Shown here in pieces: positions 8,105 to 17,283 of a stretch of 64,000 nucleotides of DNA. The translations under genes were made by a program, and so were the position numbers. The notes beneath the pieces are model-generated. The model was not told the DNA's origin, ran no database searches, and saw only the letters and a program-made list of their open reading frames with translations. The DNA is from an uncultured virus (IMG/VR IMGVR_UViG_3300030060_006470) (lineage: Duplodnaviria > Heunggongvirae > Uroviricota > Caudoviricetes): IMG/VR virus record IMGVR_UViG_3300030060_006470, one strand, 5' to 3'. Positions within the stretch are counted from its first letter, which is position 1; every line of letters begins with the position of its first letter.

Positions 8105-8204
8105 GAGAGAATAAAGAGAAACAATACTGGACAGTTGGTAGCTCTAACGATTAGATAGCCATCAGATGGAAATCTTAATGTAGGTTCGATTCCTGCTTCT
8201 CTCA
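8105..8204 (+). ncRNA. tRNA-like RNA with degenerate D and anticodon regions
   Basis: Acceptor GAGAGAA/TTCTCTC-A, T-arm GTAGGTTCGATTCCTGC. Confidence 0.65.
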
Positions 8205-8477
8205 CATTTAAAATACGTGCTGTTTAATCAACAGCTAGTGTGATTACGCATGATGAGAAGGGTTATGATTTGACTCAGTAGTTGCTTGTATGGAGGTACG
8301 TTCCCTACCCGTATCAGACGGTCATGATTGAAAGGGGTCATTCCTGAATATTGAATTAAGAGTGTGAATCTGTTAGCCCTAACTTGAAACGCAATGCTTG
8401 GACGTTTGTCTCGGAGTAGTTGATGTTGACAGGACAGTCGTAAGATTGGGTGAATTTTAATTTAAACCAAAATAACT

Positions 8478-8651
8478 ATGAGTAAATTATACACACTAGA
8501 AGAGGTTAAAGAATTATGTATGATGGCATTTGATGATGGATTCGATGCTGGTCATTATGATGAACAAGAAAAAGATGGTAGTTGGTGGGTTAACAATAAC
8601 ACTACTAATATTCAAACTGTAAATACTAAAACTCAAAGTAAAGATGGATAA
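8478..8651 (+). CDS. Small hypothetical protein flanked by degenerate MSKE junction motifs
   Basis: TTTAAACCAAAATAACTATGAGTAAA at the start and CAAAGTAAAGATGGATAAAGAA at the end. Confidence 0.55.
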   Translation: MSKLYTLEEVKELCMMAFDDGFDAGHYDEQEKDGSWWVNNNTTNIQTVNTKTQSKDG

Positions 8652-8670
8652 AGAAAGACAATAATATAAC

Positions 8671-8913
8671 ATGAGTAACTTACAAGCATTAAGATTAAGG
8701 AGTGAAGTTTTAAAAATTAAAGACATAATCAAATCTTTTTATGGGAAACATCCAAGTACCGAAACAAGAGAGTTAATCTTAGATTTAATTAATAATGTTT
8801 GTGTTTATCAAGTAATCGATATAACAAAACCTGAAGATATTGATAACGGAGAGTTTAGATACTCAATACAAGCAAACCCTCATGAAGAGGTAATGGTTAA
8901 ATTTACATTTTAA
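8671..8913 (+). CDS. Hypothetical protein
   Basis: 80-aa ORF. Confidence 0.6.
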   Translation: MSNLQALRLRSEVLKIKDIIKSFYGKHPSTETRELILDLINNVCVYQVIDITKPEDIDNGEFRYSIQANPHEEVMVKFTF

Positions 8914-9257
8914 TAAATAGATATGAATCAAATATTACCATGGATAATTCCAGTTATTATAGTTTTAGCGGTAAGCTTTTCATTTGTTGGATTATTAGTG
9001 GCAACCGCACAAATTATAATTAAAAAAATTAAAAATAAATGAGTGACCAAATCTTTGTAATAATAGCCACAATCCTCTCAGTAGGTTTGGTAATAGGATT
9101 AATAGACCTTTTTAAATCAAAAAAATAATTAAATATTATGGTACCAGCAATCGGAATAGGAGCATGGTGGCTTGCATTAACAGTTACGTTAATAGTCACT
9201 AGTAAAATAAAATAAAAATATACTTCCATATTAAAAAAAAATATATATCTTAGTGTC

Positions 9258-9545
9258 ATGGAAAATTTAAACTTAAATGGTATTCATTTAGATATGGATA
9301 CACTAATTGAAAAATATAACGGTGAAATACACTCAGTATTAGACCCTAACGAGATACAACAAATATCTTTATTCTGTCAACACAATAGAACCGATTCTAG
9401 AGTACCAGTTCTAACTGATATGATAAACCCTAAGTATAGTTTCGCAGCACTATACCCTCACATTATGTCAAACCTTGATTACAACCCAGGAATGGGAGAT
9501 AGTTCATTTAACGGCATAAAACAAGGTACAGATGAAAATATATAA
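9258..9545 (+). CDS. Hypothetical protein
   Basis: 95-aa ORF with an upstream promoter-like motif. Confidence 0.6.
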   Translation: MENLNLNGIHLDMDTLIEKYNGEIHSVLDPNEIQQISLFCQHNRTDSRVPVLTDMINPKYSFAALYPHIMSNLDYNPGMGDSSFNGIKQGTDENI

Positions 9546-9975
9546 AGTAAAATATCAATTATATATATTACCATTTATTAAGATAACGCATGATACCATC
9601 CTAAATGGTGAATATGAATTTATTATAGGTTGGCTTAATTTAGAGATGTCAGTATCATTGAAGGTAAAAAATAAAAAAGAAGAAAGAGAACATGATTACT
9701 CTAAACATGGTTCTTACTTAGTTACTGAAAGATTTCACGATGGCTCTTTAAACTTTTTTGAAGTTGGAGACACCATTGAGATAGACTACGAAGTTATACA
9801 TAACAATTATAATCAAAGAAAGTTTGACCACTTCTCAATATTTCATACACCCAAATCAGGTGATGAAGTATACGTGGAAATATTCAATAGAGGTAACCAA
9901 GAAAACTATGATTCAGTAATAGAAAACAGCACAAAGATATCAAACGAAACAACTGGTTTTAAAAGCCCAAAATAA
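9532..9975 (+). CDS. Hypothetical protein
   Basis: 147-aa ORF. Confidence 0.65.
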   Translation: MKIYKVKYQLYILPFIKITHDTILNGEYEFIIGWLNLEMSVSLKVKNKKEEREHDYSKHGSYLVTERFHDGSLNFFEVGDTIEIDYEVIHNNYNQRKFDHFSIFHTPKSGDEVYVEIFNRGNQENYDSVIENSTKISNETTGFKSPK

Positions 9976-10178
9976 ACTTAAAATAATGACGGATATTATA
10001 GATAGTTTAATAAAAAAATACACTAGGCGAATATCGTTTTTACAAAGGTTATGTGACAAAGCTAAGGAAAGAAACGACAAGACCAATATAACTAGGTATA
10101 GACATGCAATACTGGAGCTAGAAAACGTAATAATGGACCTTAGACAAATTAATTCAAAATACTAAATAATATATAAAG

Positions 10179-10188
10179 NNNNNNNNNN
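10179..10188. other. Assembly gap (N run)
   Basis: Ten N bases. Confidence 0.99.
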
Positions 10189-10325
10189 AGACATAGTTGT
10201 GGAAATGGTGAAGGTATGTTTCCAGATGAAAATGGTTATTGGGTAAGTTATGAAGAGTATAAAAAAGTTTTAAGTAAGTATAAAAAACTTAAAAGAAATA
10301 TAAATATTCTATACGGTAAATCAAG

Positions 10326-10688
10326 ATGAGTAAAATGGTGTTTGAATCTAACGATAAAACGTTTGATGTTGTATCTAAATTACAAAGATTTACGTATAGG
10401 TGCCTAAATATGTTTGGTCCAAAAGAAAATCATAAGTACAACGAATTCAGTAAGTTAGAGTTAATGGAACAATGGCATAAAACATTGTTTAAAGACTATA
10501 ACTCAAAACTATGGTTTGACGAAACATTATGGCACCCAGACCAACCAGAATTATATGGAAATGTTGTGATGATTTATATAGAAACATCAGGGGTAGGGTT
10601 TTTAAAACATAAGATTAATTTTAACGAACATACACATGAAATATTTCATGTTGAATTCTTAAATCAAAAGAATATGAATGAGCAATGA
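10326..10688 (+). CDS. Hypothetical protein
   Basis: 120-aa ORF. Confidence 0.65.
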   Translation: MSKMVFESNDKTFDVVSKLQRFTYRCLNMFGPKENHKYNEFSKLELMEQWHKTLFKDYNSKLWFDETLWHPDQPELYGNVVMIYIETSGVGFLKHKINFNEHTHEIFHVEFLNQKNMNEQ

Positions 10689-11182
10689 TTAAAAGTTTGT
10701 TAAGTAAGTTCCGCTCATTAAAAGAGTTTCACGTAAAGATATTCGCAGTTTTTTTCGCAGTTGTAACCCCATTTATAATGGTAACAAGTGGGGAAGTATT
10801 AGGTTCAATATCCCAATACTGGGATACACAATATCAACCTCTTTTTATAATATCAAATGTTATATGTTCTTATTTTTTCTTTTCATTAAAGAACTGGAAA
10901 ATACCTAGTTTATGTCTATTACTAGTAACAGCATTTAACCATTACCAATTTAACACATTACATAATATATTTGCACTTTCTTTTTATTTTGCATGTCTTC
11001 ACAGTCTATTTCAAAATAAGAGATTTACATTATATAGAATATTATTTATGCTATCAATAGCATTATACTTCTATAGTATACTTTTAGGTGAAATAACTAG
11101 TATCGTTATATTATGTTCTCATCACTTAAGAGTTCTGTTGTATAAAGAAAAACTTACTAAAATTAGAAATAACAATAATTAA
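10685..11182 (+). CDS. Hypothetical multi-pass membrane protein
   Basis: Several hydrophobic segments; SISQYW and LHNIFA motifs. Confidence 0.75.
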   Translation: MIKSLLSKFRSLKEFHVKIFAVFFAVVTPFIMVTSGEVLGSISQYWDTQYQPLFIISNVICSYFFFSLKNWKIPSLCLLLVTAFNHYQFNTLHNIFALSFYFACLHSLFQNKRFTLYRILFMLSIALYFYSILLGEITSIVILCSHHLRVLLYKEKLTKIRNNNN

Positions 11183-11193
11183 TTAATATAAAA

Positions 11194-12492
11194 ATGATAA
11201 ACTTTAAAGATTTAAAAAAAATATACAGACTGTTTAAAGATGTTAATATAACAGACATTATTTCCTTTGTGGAAAAGAATCCTAAATTATTAAAAAGTTT
11301 GGGTAAGGAAGAAAAGACAGAAGCCAATTATGATTCGGACTTCTATAACATATTCAATAACTTAACCAAAGAAGATAATGATTTAAGATTAAAGGTTAGG
11401 GCGTTTATGGAAAAAGATGTCAAACCTATTATCAACTACTATTGGTACATAGATGAATTCCCACATCAATTAATACCAAAGCTTAGAAAATTAGATATAT
11501 GTGGTTTATCCTACAAGGGTTATGGTTGCCAAAACAAATCTAGCCTATCAGAAGGCGTTGTAGCCGCTGAACTATCAAGAGTGGACCCTTCACTATCTAC
11601 ATTCATAGGTGTTCACTCAGGACTGGCTATGGGTTCTATTTATCTATGTGGTTCTGAAGAACAAAAACAGTATTGGTTACCAAAAATGAGAAGAATGGAG
11701 ACTATAGGTGCATTTGGACTAACCGAACCATTAGTTGGTTCTGGTGCTGCTGGAGGTCTAACCACCACTTGTGAAAGAAAGGGTGATAAATGGGTTTTAA
11801 ATGGCCAAAAGAAATGGATAGGCAACTCTACCTTTTCCGATATTACTATCATATGGGCTAGAGATGTTAGTGATAACCAGGTAAAGGGGTTTATTGTTGA
11901 AAAAAATAATGTAGGATTCTCAGTGGAGAAGATAGAGGGTAAGATATCCTTAAAAATTGTACAAAATGGACTTATCACATTAGATAATTGTATAGTAGAA
12001 GAAAAGAATAGACTACAAAATGCAAATTCATTTAAAGATACTAGTAGGGTGTTAAAAATGACCAGAGCAGGTGTGGCTTGGCAATCAGTAGGATTGAGCA
12101 TGGGAGCTTATGAAGCCACCGTTAAGTATTGTAACAGTAGAAAGCAATTCGGTAAAACAATAGATTCATTCCAACTAACACAATCTAATTTAGCTAACAT
12201 GTTAGGTGACTTAACAGCAATGCAGAATATGGTCTACCAATTATCTATATTACAAGACATTGGTCAAATGAAAGATGAACAAGCAAGCCTAGCTAAAGTG
12301 TGGATTACCAAAGCAATGAGAAGACTAGTGTCTACTGGTAGAGAATTGTTTGGTGGTAATGGTATTCTATTAGAATATGATATCGCTAAGTATATGGCTG
12401 ATGCTGAAGCATTATATAGTTACGAAGGTACGGCTCAAATTAATGAATTAATTGTGGGTAGAAGCATTACAGGTAAACAAGCATTTATATAA
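11194..12492 (+). CDS. Acyl-CoA dehydrogenase (glutaryl-CoA dehydrogenase-like)
   Basis: GAFGLTEPLVGS, LNGQKKWIGN, RKQFGK, GGNGILLEY, YSYEGT. Confidence 0.93.
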   Translation: MINFKDLKKIYRLFKDVNITDIISFVEKNPKLLKSLGKEEKTEANYDSDFYNIFNNLTKEDNDLRLKVRAFMEKDVKPIINYYWYIDEFPHQLIPKLRKLDICGLSYKGYGCQNKSSLSEGVVAAELSRVDPSLSTFIGVHSGLAMGSIYLCGSEEQKQYWLPKMRRMETIGAFGLTEPLVGSGAAGGLTTTCERKGDKWVLNGQKKWIGNSTFSDITIIWARDVSDNQVKGFIVEKNNVGFSVEKIEGKISLKIVQNGLITLDNCIVEEKNRLQNANSFKDTSRVLKMTRAGVAWQSVGLSMGAYEATVKYCNSRKQFGKTIDSFQLTQSNLANMLGDLTAMQNMVYQLSILQDIGQMKDEQASLAKVWITKAMRRLVSTGRELFGGNGILLEYDIAKYMADAEALYSYEGTAQINELIVGRSITGKQAFI

Positions 12493-12540
12493 ATTCATAA
12501 AATATTTGGTTAATTCATTTTTATTCTATATCTTAGAGAT

Positions 12541-12738
12541 ATGAAAAAGATTTTAATTATTACACCAATTTACATTATACTAATTTCTATTTTTGGATTA
12601 GGATTATTCCATATAACTCAAAGTTGGTATACAAAATTAGTATGTCCTGTATGTGTAAGTTTACTTACATCGATTTGGCTTTCCCTATCAATGATAGAGT
12701 ATGAAGATTATAAAGAACTTAAAAGGGAAAGAAGATGA
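12541..12738 (+). CDS. Small membrane protein
   Basis: Two hydrophobic segments; promoter motif upstream. Confidence 0.6.
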   Translation: MKKILIITPIYIILISIFGLGLFHITQSWYTKLVCPVCVSLLTSIWLSLSMIEYEDYKELKRERR

Positions 12739-12977
12739 GTAATTACAAAAAAGGTGATATAACACAAAACGGATGGGAAGTCCTTGATGTTGTGATGAAA
12801 ACAATATACAAAATGAGAAAACGTGTAACCATTAACGATGATGCACTCAAACATAATGAACAGTATATTGGTAAGAAAGGATGGTGGTATTTTAATGGTA
12901 GATTTAATTGGGTAGAATTAGATGATTACCCAGGTATACAATTTAGATTCAGAGAATTAGAATTAAACCAAAAATAA
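12735..12977 (+). CDS. Hypothetical protein (MSKE array)
   Basis: Bounded by junction motifs. Confidence 0.7.
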   Translation: MSNYKKGDITQNGWEVLDVVMKTIYKMRKRVTINDDALKHNEQYIGKKGWWYFNGRFNWVELDDYPGIQFRFRELELNQK

Positions 12978-12978
12978 G

Positions 12979-13236
12979 ATGAGTAAAGAAGAAAAATTAA
13001 ATGTTGGGGATAAGGTTAGTTTTGTATCTAAAAATAAAAGAAGTGGATTTCCATATAGTGATAAATCTATTGTCTATATAGTTGAAGAAATTGAAAAATG
13101 CGGTACCTTAACACTTAGACAAGATTACTCAGATAAAAGAAAAAAAGGATTTAACACTACAGAACCTGGCGTAATTATACCATCAAAGTTTTTGGATGAA
13201 TTTGAAATAAGAAAACAAAAAGAAGATGAGAGATAA
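12979..13236 (+). CDS. Hypothetical protein (MSKE array)
   Basis: MSKEE start; LNVGDKV suggests a KOW/SH3-like fold. Confidence 0.7.
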   Translation: MSKEEKLNVGDKVSFVSKNKRSGFPYSDKSIVYIVEEIEKCGTLTLRQDYSDKRKKGFNTTEPGVIIPSKFLDEFEIRKQKEDER

Positions 13237-13435
13237 GATAGAAGAACTATTAGATATGAGTGACCCTATGACAAAATCACATTATATGATATGGGATAGT
13301 GGTGATTGTTCAGAAGTAGGACTTTGTGAAATCTTACTTGACCAACTAATAAGAAAACATAAAAAAGATAATGGTGAGTATTACGATACAGACTATGACC
13401 AAATAAAATTAAGATACCAAAACAAAGATGAGTAA
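13226..13435 (+). CDS. Hypothetical protein (MSKE array)
   Basis: Ends QNKDE, read from the motif. Confidence 0.7.
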   Translation: MRDKIEELLDMSDPMTKSHYMIWDSGDCSEVGLCEILLDQLIRKHKKDNGEYYDTDYDQIKLRYQNKDE

Positions 13436-13700
13436 AGAAACAAAGATAATCAAAGACCCGTTTATGGGAGAAATTGAACTGGAGAAGGTAGGCCAAACTT
13501 CATTACATGCAGTCGGTGAAAGTAGAATGGATACTATATACAGTGATAAGAAAGGTAACTTTTGGATTGAAACAACTACTACATTTGGTAGTGACGGAAT
13601 GTTTGAACCAGAACCGATGTTATTCATCAGAAAAGGACTAGTTGATTTAATAACAGAAATAAACCAATTTAAATTTTTTACCTTTAACAAAGATGAGTAA
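13428..13700 (+). CDS. Hypothetical protein (MSKE array)
   Basis: MSKE...NKDE. Confidence 0.7.
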   Translation: MSKETKIIKDPFMGEIELEKVGQTSLHAVGESRMDTIYSDKKGNFWIETTTTFGSDGMFEPEPMLFIRKGLVDLITEINQFKFFTFNKDE

Positions 13701-13890
13701 AGAAGAAGATAAGGAATTAGTCAGTAGGTTACTAAAAGCATCTAACGAAATTCACAAGAAAAGATTAGGTCAAGCAAATTATATACATCTAACAGCAAAA
13801 TTCATACAACAACGAGCAGACGAAGAAGGAGTTACATTTGATGAAATGGTAAAGATAATTGAAGAAGAACTTAAACCAAAACAAAGATGA
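13693..13890 (+). CDS. Hypothetical protein (MSKE array)
   Basis: MSKE...KPKQR. Confidence 0.7.
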   Translation: MSKEEDKELVSRLLKASNEIHKKRLGQANYIHLTAKFIQQRADEEGVTFDEMVKIIEEELKPKQR

Positions 13891-14183
13891 GTAAACAATA
13901 TAATGTAAAGTATGAAGTAGGGCAAGATGTCTATGTATTAAGAGATAAAAAGATAACTAAAAATAGGATAGTCAAGATTAGAGTTACCGAACAACAACCT
14001 TATACTAAGGGTAATCCAGATGGAACTTTTACCGACATGTCGGGTATTGAAATAGATTATCTTATAGAAACAAAAAGAGATTTCATACATCCACATACAA
14101 AACGTACCCAAAGTTCATACGATTGGTACAATGAAGAAGATGTCTTTACTAATAAGGATGAATTGATTGCACAAATTGTATAA
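13887..14183 (+). CDS. Hypothetical protein (MSKE array)
   Basis: MSKQ start; stop is the first TAA of the motif. Confidence 0.7.
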   Translation: MSKQYNVKYEVGQDVYVLRDKKITKNRIVKIRVTEQQPYTKGNPDGTFTDMSGIEIDYLIETKRDFIHPHTKRTQSSYDWYNEEDVFTNKDELIAQIV

Positions 14184-14195
14184 ACCAAAAAGAAG

Positions 14196-14399
14196 ATGAG
14201 TAAAAAAGTAACACATATGACAACTGAGGAAATTAATTCAGAAAGAATTGAATTAGAACCTATGGTATTGTTAATGAAAGAAACCAATGTTGTAGAACAC
14301 GATGGTATAAACTATTTCGACATATCTAAACGATATCATGAATTGTGTAAAGAATCGGTTGTAAGAGAGCTATTAAACCAAAACAAAGAAGATGAGTAA
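14196..14399 (+). CDS. Hypothetical protein (MSKE array)
   Basis: Ends LNQNKEDE. Confidence 0.7.
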   Translation: MSKKVTHMTTEEINSERIELEPMVLLMKETNVVEHDGINYFDISKRYHELCKESVVRELLNQNKEDE

Positions 14400-14727
14400 A
14401 GAAGAAATACTTTCTGAACTAAAACAAATACTTGATGATGCCAATGGTTACGATATTGACCCATACATCATTGAGCAATTAATAGAAAAAAACAAAGTGA
14501 GTAAAGAATACACCATAGAACACTACGAAAGGTTTAACAACGAAAAGGGTGAAATACTATCCTTAAATAAAAAGGATAATAACTGCGAAGATATAGAAAA
14601 AGGTGATACACTTATTCTAGATGTTGGTAGGTATAGAGCAGTAGAGGTAGAACACTTCAAGGCATTCAATGGTGGTAAGGGACAAAACGTATTAGTACTA
14701 ATCAAATTAATAACAATAAATGAGTAA
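14392..14727 (+). CDS. Hypothetical protein (MSKE array), apparent fusion of two cassettes
   Basis: Internal AACAAAGTGAGTAAAGAA (KVSKE) at about 14491-14508. Confidence 0.7.
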   Translation: MSKEEILSELKQILDDANGYDIDPYIIEQLIEKNKVSKEYTIEHYERFNNEKGEILSLNKKDNNCEDIEKGDTLILDVGRYRAVEVEHFKAFNGGKGQNVLVLIKLITINE

Positions 14728-14950
14728 AGAATTAAGAAAGAATTATAGAATACCTACTATTGATGAATTTGTTGATGAATTTGAATTTGAAGTATATTCA
14801 GAGGGATATTTTGAAGATAGCGTAGAATCCTTTTGTGGATGGTATAAGTATAAATTCGGTTGTGATAATTGGAGAGATTTAGATGAAATACAAAGAGAGA
14901 TAGATTTAGGAAATATACAATGTTATATTATTAAAAAGAAAAGAAGATGA
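14720..14950 (+). CDS. Hypothetical protein (MSKE array)
   Basis: MSKE start. Confidence 0.7.
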   Translation: MSKELRKNYRIPTIDEFVDEFEFEVYSEGYFEDSVESFCGWYKYKFGCDNWRDLDEIQREIDLGNIQCYIIKKKRR

Positions 14951-14956
14951 GTAAAT

Positions 14957-15052
14957 GGTAGAGTTTGACTTGACAGACATTGGATAAAGGGGTGGCGCGA
15001 TTCAAGGTGGAAAAAACCTAAACCCGAAACAGTTCGAATCTGTTATCTACCA
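14957..15052 (+). ncRNA. tRNA-like RNA occupying one cassette slot of the MSKE array
   Basis: GGTAGA/TCTACC-A acceptor, T-arm AACAGTTCGAATCTGTT; junction motifs on both sides. Confidence 0.6.
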
Positions 15053-15078
15053 AATACCATCTAAAAACCAAAACAAAG

Positions 15079-15300
15079 ATGAGTAAAAGAGAACCAAAAT
15101 TAGACCCATATTTAGACCACCTAGTAACAAAAGATGGTAGGAAATATAAAAAAGTTTATGTGATGTATGTCGATGGTGACGAACTTCTATGCGATTGTTG
15201 TAATGAAAAGAAACCAAGAGCGGTAATTAGATTACTAAGTGGTGATATAACAGGATTATGTGAAGATTGTATAAGAGATATATTAACAGTATTTGATTAA
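15079..15300 (+). CDS. Zn-finger-like hypothetical protein (MSKE array)
   Basis: CDCC...CEDC. Confidence 0.7.
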   Translation: MSKREPKLDPYLDHLVTKDGRKYKKVYVMYVDGDELLCDCCNEKKPRAVIRLLSGDITGLCEDCIRDILTVFD

Positions 15301-15599
15301 ACCAAAACAAAGATGAGTAAAGAAAGATTACTTAAATTAGTATCCGATGAAAAAACAGATACAATTAATCGAAATAAACAGAGAATAAAATGGAGGTGGT
15401 TTATACGATTAAAAAATAAGATTAAATTATTTTACTTAACATTATTAGACAAAAATGAGTAAAGAAACATATACCGAAGAACAAATAATTACCATCATCA
15501 AAGCGTTTCATCTCGATTCAGTAGAAGGTAATTATTCAAAAGAATTGTTAATGTTTTGTAATAATTGGATAAACAATAATATTATTAATAACACAGAAG

Positions 15600-15809
15600 A
15601 TGAGTGAAGAAGATTCAATAGAGGAGTATAAAAAGGCGCAAGACGTTATACGTAGTTGCATTAATGATTTGGATAGGAATATTAAACTTGCTAGAAAAGA
15701 GGGACCATCTGAACAATTAGATGATATGTTGTCTACAAGAAAAAGTTTCCTTAAAGAATGGGAATCTTATGAAGAATTTATTAAAGATTTAAATAGATAC
15801 GATGGATAA
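15600..15809 (+). CDS. Hypothetical protein (MSKE array)
   Basis: MSEE start. Confidence 0.65.
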   Translation: MSEEDSIEEYKKAQDVIRSCINDLDRNIKLARKEGPSEQLDDMLSTRKSFLKEWESYEEFIKDLNRYDG

Positions 15810-16122
15810 AAAAGAAATGAAGAAACTGATGTCTTCCATGTTAATTACCAAAAGTGTAGTTACATGCCACGCAGAAATAAATCCTGATATGGCTAAACAT
15901 TATGGTGTTGCAACTTATGAAGGAATAATAAAAAATGAATTATTTTATCAGTTTGCAAATGAATGTAAAAAATCTATTAGTATGAAAAAGAAAGATTATA
16001 CTTATGAGCTAAAAGCTATGGTACTACCTTTTGATTATATTAAAGATTTTATTGAAGCTTATGTAATGATGATGCCTAGAGAAAGATTAGATGAACTTTT
16101 AAAAGATAGACATGATGGATAA
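15802..16122 (+). CDS. Hypothetical protein (MSKE array, MDKKE variant)
   Basis: GATGGATAAAAAAGAA junction. Confidence 0.7.
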   Translation: MDKKEMKKLMSSMLITKSVVTCHAEINPDMAKHYGVATYEGIIKNELFYQFANECKKSISMKKKDYTYELKAMVLPFDYIKDFIEAYVMMMPRERLDELLKDRHDG

Positions 16123-16372
16123 AAAAGAATTAATAGAGAAGTTAAAAGATATTAAAATAGGTGAATACTTTGAGTGCCCAGTCAACTTACCACCAGCTGA
16201 TGTAAATAAGATATTAGAAGATATCCTAGGCTCATATGTTGACATATCTGAAGATTGGAATGGTTGTGATTTAGATTGGTCATTAATGGATGATTTAATT
16301 ATTGATGATATGGTGTTTAAGGTGTGGGGTTCTGCATTTCAAGGTTGGCTAATATTTAAACGTGAAAAATAA
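16115..16372 (+). CDS. Hypothetical protein (MSKE array, MDKKE variant)
   Basis: GATGGATAAAAAAGAA junction. Confidence 0.7.
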   Translation: MDKKELIEKLKDIKIGEYFECPVNLPPADVNKILEDILGSYVDISEDWNGCDLDWSLMDDLIIDDMVFKVWGSAFQGWLIFKREK

Positions 16373-16379
16373 AACAAAG

Positions 16380-16562
16380 ATGAGTAAAAAAAGATACATA
16401 GGGTTAATTCATGATGAGAGAAATGATGACTTTACAATAGGGTATAACATTTCAACTAACATAAAGAAAATGTTAAAATGGAAAAAAGAAATGTCAAATT
16501 GTGTAGATGTTGAAGATTGTAAAGTATTTGAGATTAAAGAAATAAACCAAGAAGATGAGTAA
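16380..16562 (+). CDS. Hypothetical protein (MSKE array)
   Basis: MSKK...INQEDE. Confidence 0.7.
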   Translation: MSKKRYIGLIHDERNDDFTIGYNISTNIKKMLKWKKEMSNCVDVEDCKVFEIKEINQEDE

Positions 16563-16791
16563 AGGAAAACTCAGAAATATAAATGTAAGGGGGGTAGAAT
16601 GGAAATATATCATAGAGCATGATATGGATATAAAAGCAGAGGTGAGAATATATAATCCCAGCACTAAACAAATTATAAAGAGAGTAGAATTTAGTGAACT
16701 TGGATTCGGTGAATATGAAATTGAACATGGTGGTTGTAATATAACACCTAAAATGATAAGAGAATATATTCAAGATAATTTGCATATATAA
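16555..16791 (+). CDS. Hypothetical protein (MSKE array)
   Basis: MSKG start. Confidence 0.7.
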   Translation: MSKGKLRNINVRGVEWKYIIEHDMDIKAEVRIYNPSTKQIIKRVEFSELGFGEYEIEHGGCNITPKMIREYIQDNLHI

Positions 16792-16836
16792 AAAACATTT
16801 GCTATATTTACATTATGAAAGATAAAAGAAAAAAAG

Positions 16837-17283
16837 ATGAGTAAAGAAGAACAATTAAAAAAACTAAAACTAGCATGTTCTAAAATGAAAATTGATTTTG
16901 GGTATTTTATATGGAAATCCTATCTAACTGTTGAATTAGGTAAAGGATATAAACCAACAGTTGAGCAACTAGATGACTTATATTGTGGACTTGTTTCTGG
17001 AGTATTATGTAATCTTGGTAGTGGAAAGAAACCTGAATTTATGGAAGGTATTGGACCTACAAAAGAAGAAAGGTACGCAATCGAAGGTTATCAAAAGTTA
17101 AGAGACAATTTAATTTATATGGGTGGTATAGAATATCCATATGAAGAATGGATAGAACAAAATTCGGAATCTGAAGAATGGGTGGACCTAGCATTAAAAG
17201 CATCGAAACTAGATAGAGAATTCGATAAAAACCCAGAAGAGTGGTGTATACAACTAAGAAATAATTGTAAATCAAGAAGATGA
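16837..17283 (+). CDS. Hypothetical protein (MSKE array)
   Basis: 148 aa; internal promoter just upstream. Confidence 0.75.
   Translation: MSKEEQLKKLKLACSKMKIDFGYFIWKSYLTVELGKGYKPTVEQLDDLYCGLVSGVLCNLGSGKKPEFMEGIGPTKEERYAIEGYQKLRDNLIYMGGIEYPYEEWIEQNSESEEWVDLALKASKLDREFDKNPEEWCIQLRNNCKSRR

Noticed and set aside
7922..8158. 78-aa ORF from the ORF track
   Set aside because: It overlaps the structured RNA and tRNA-like element, and the frame is not preserved in the other copies.
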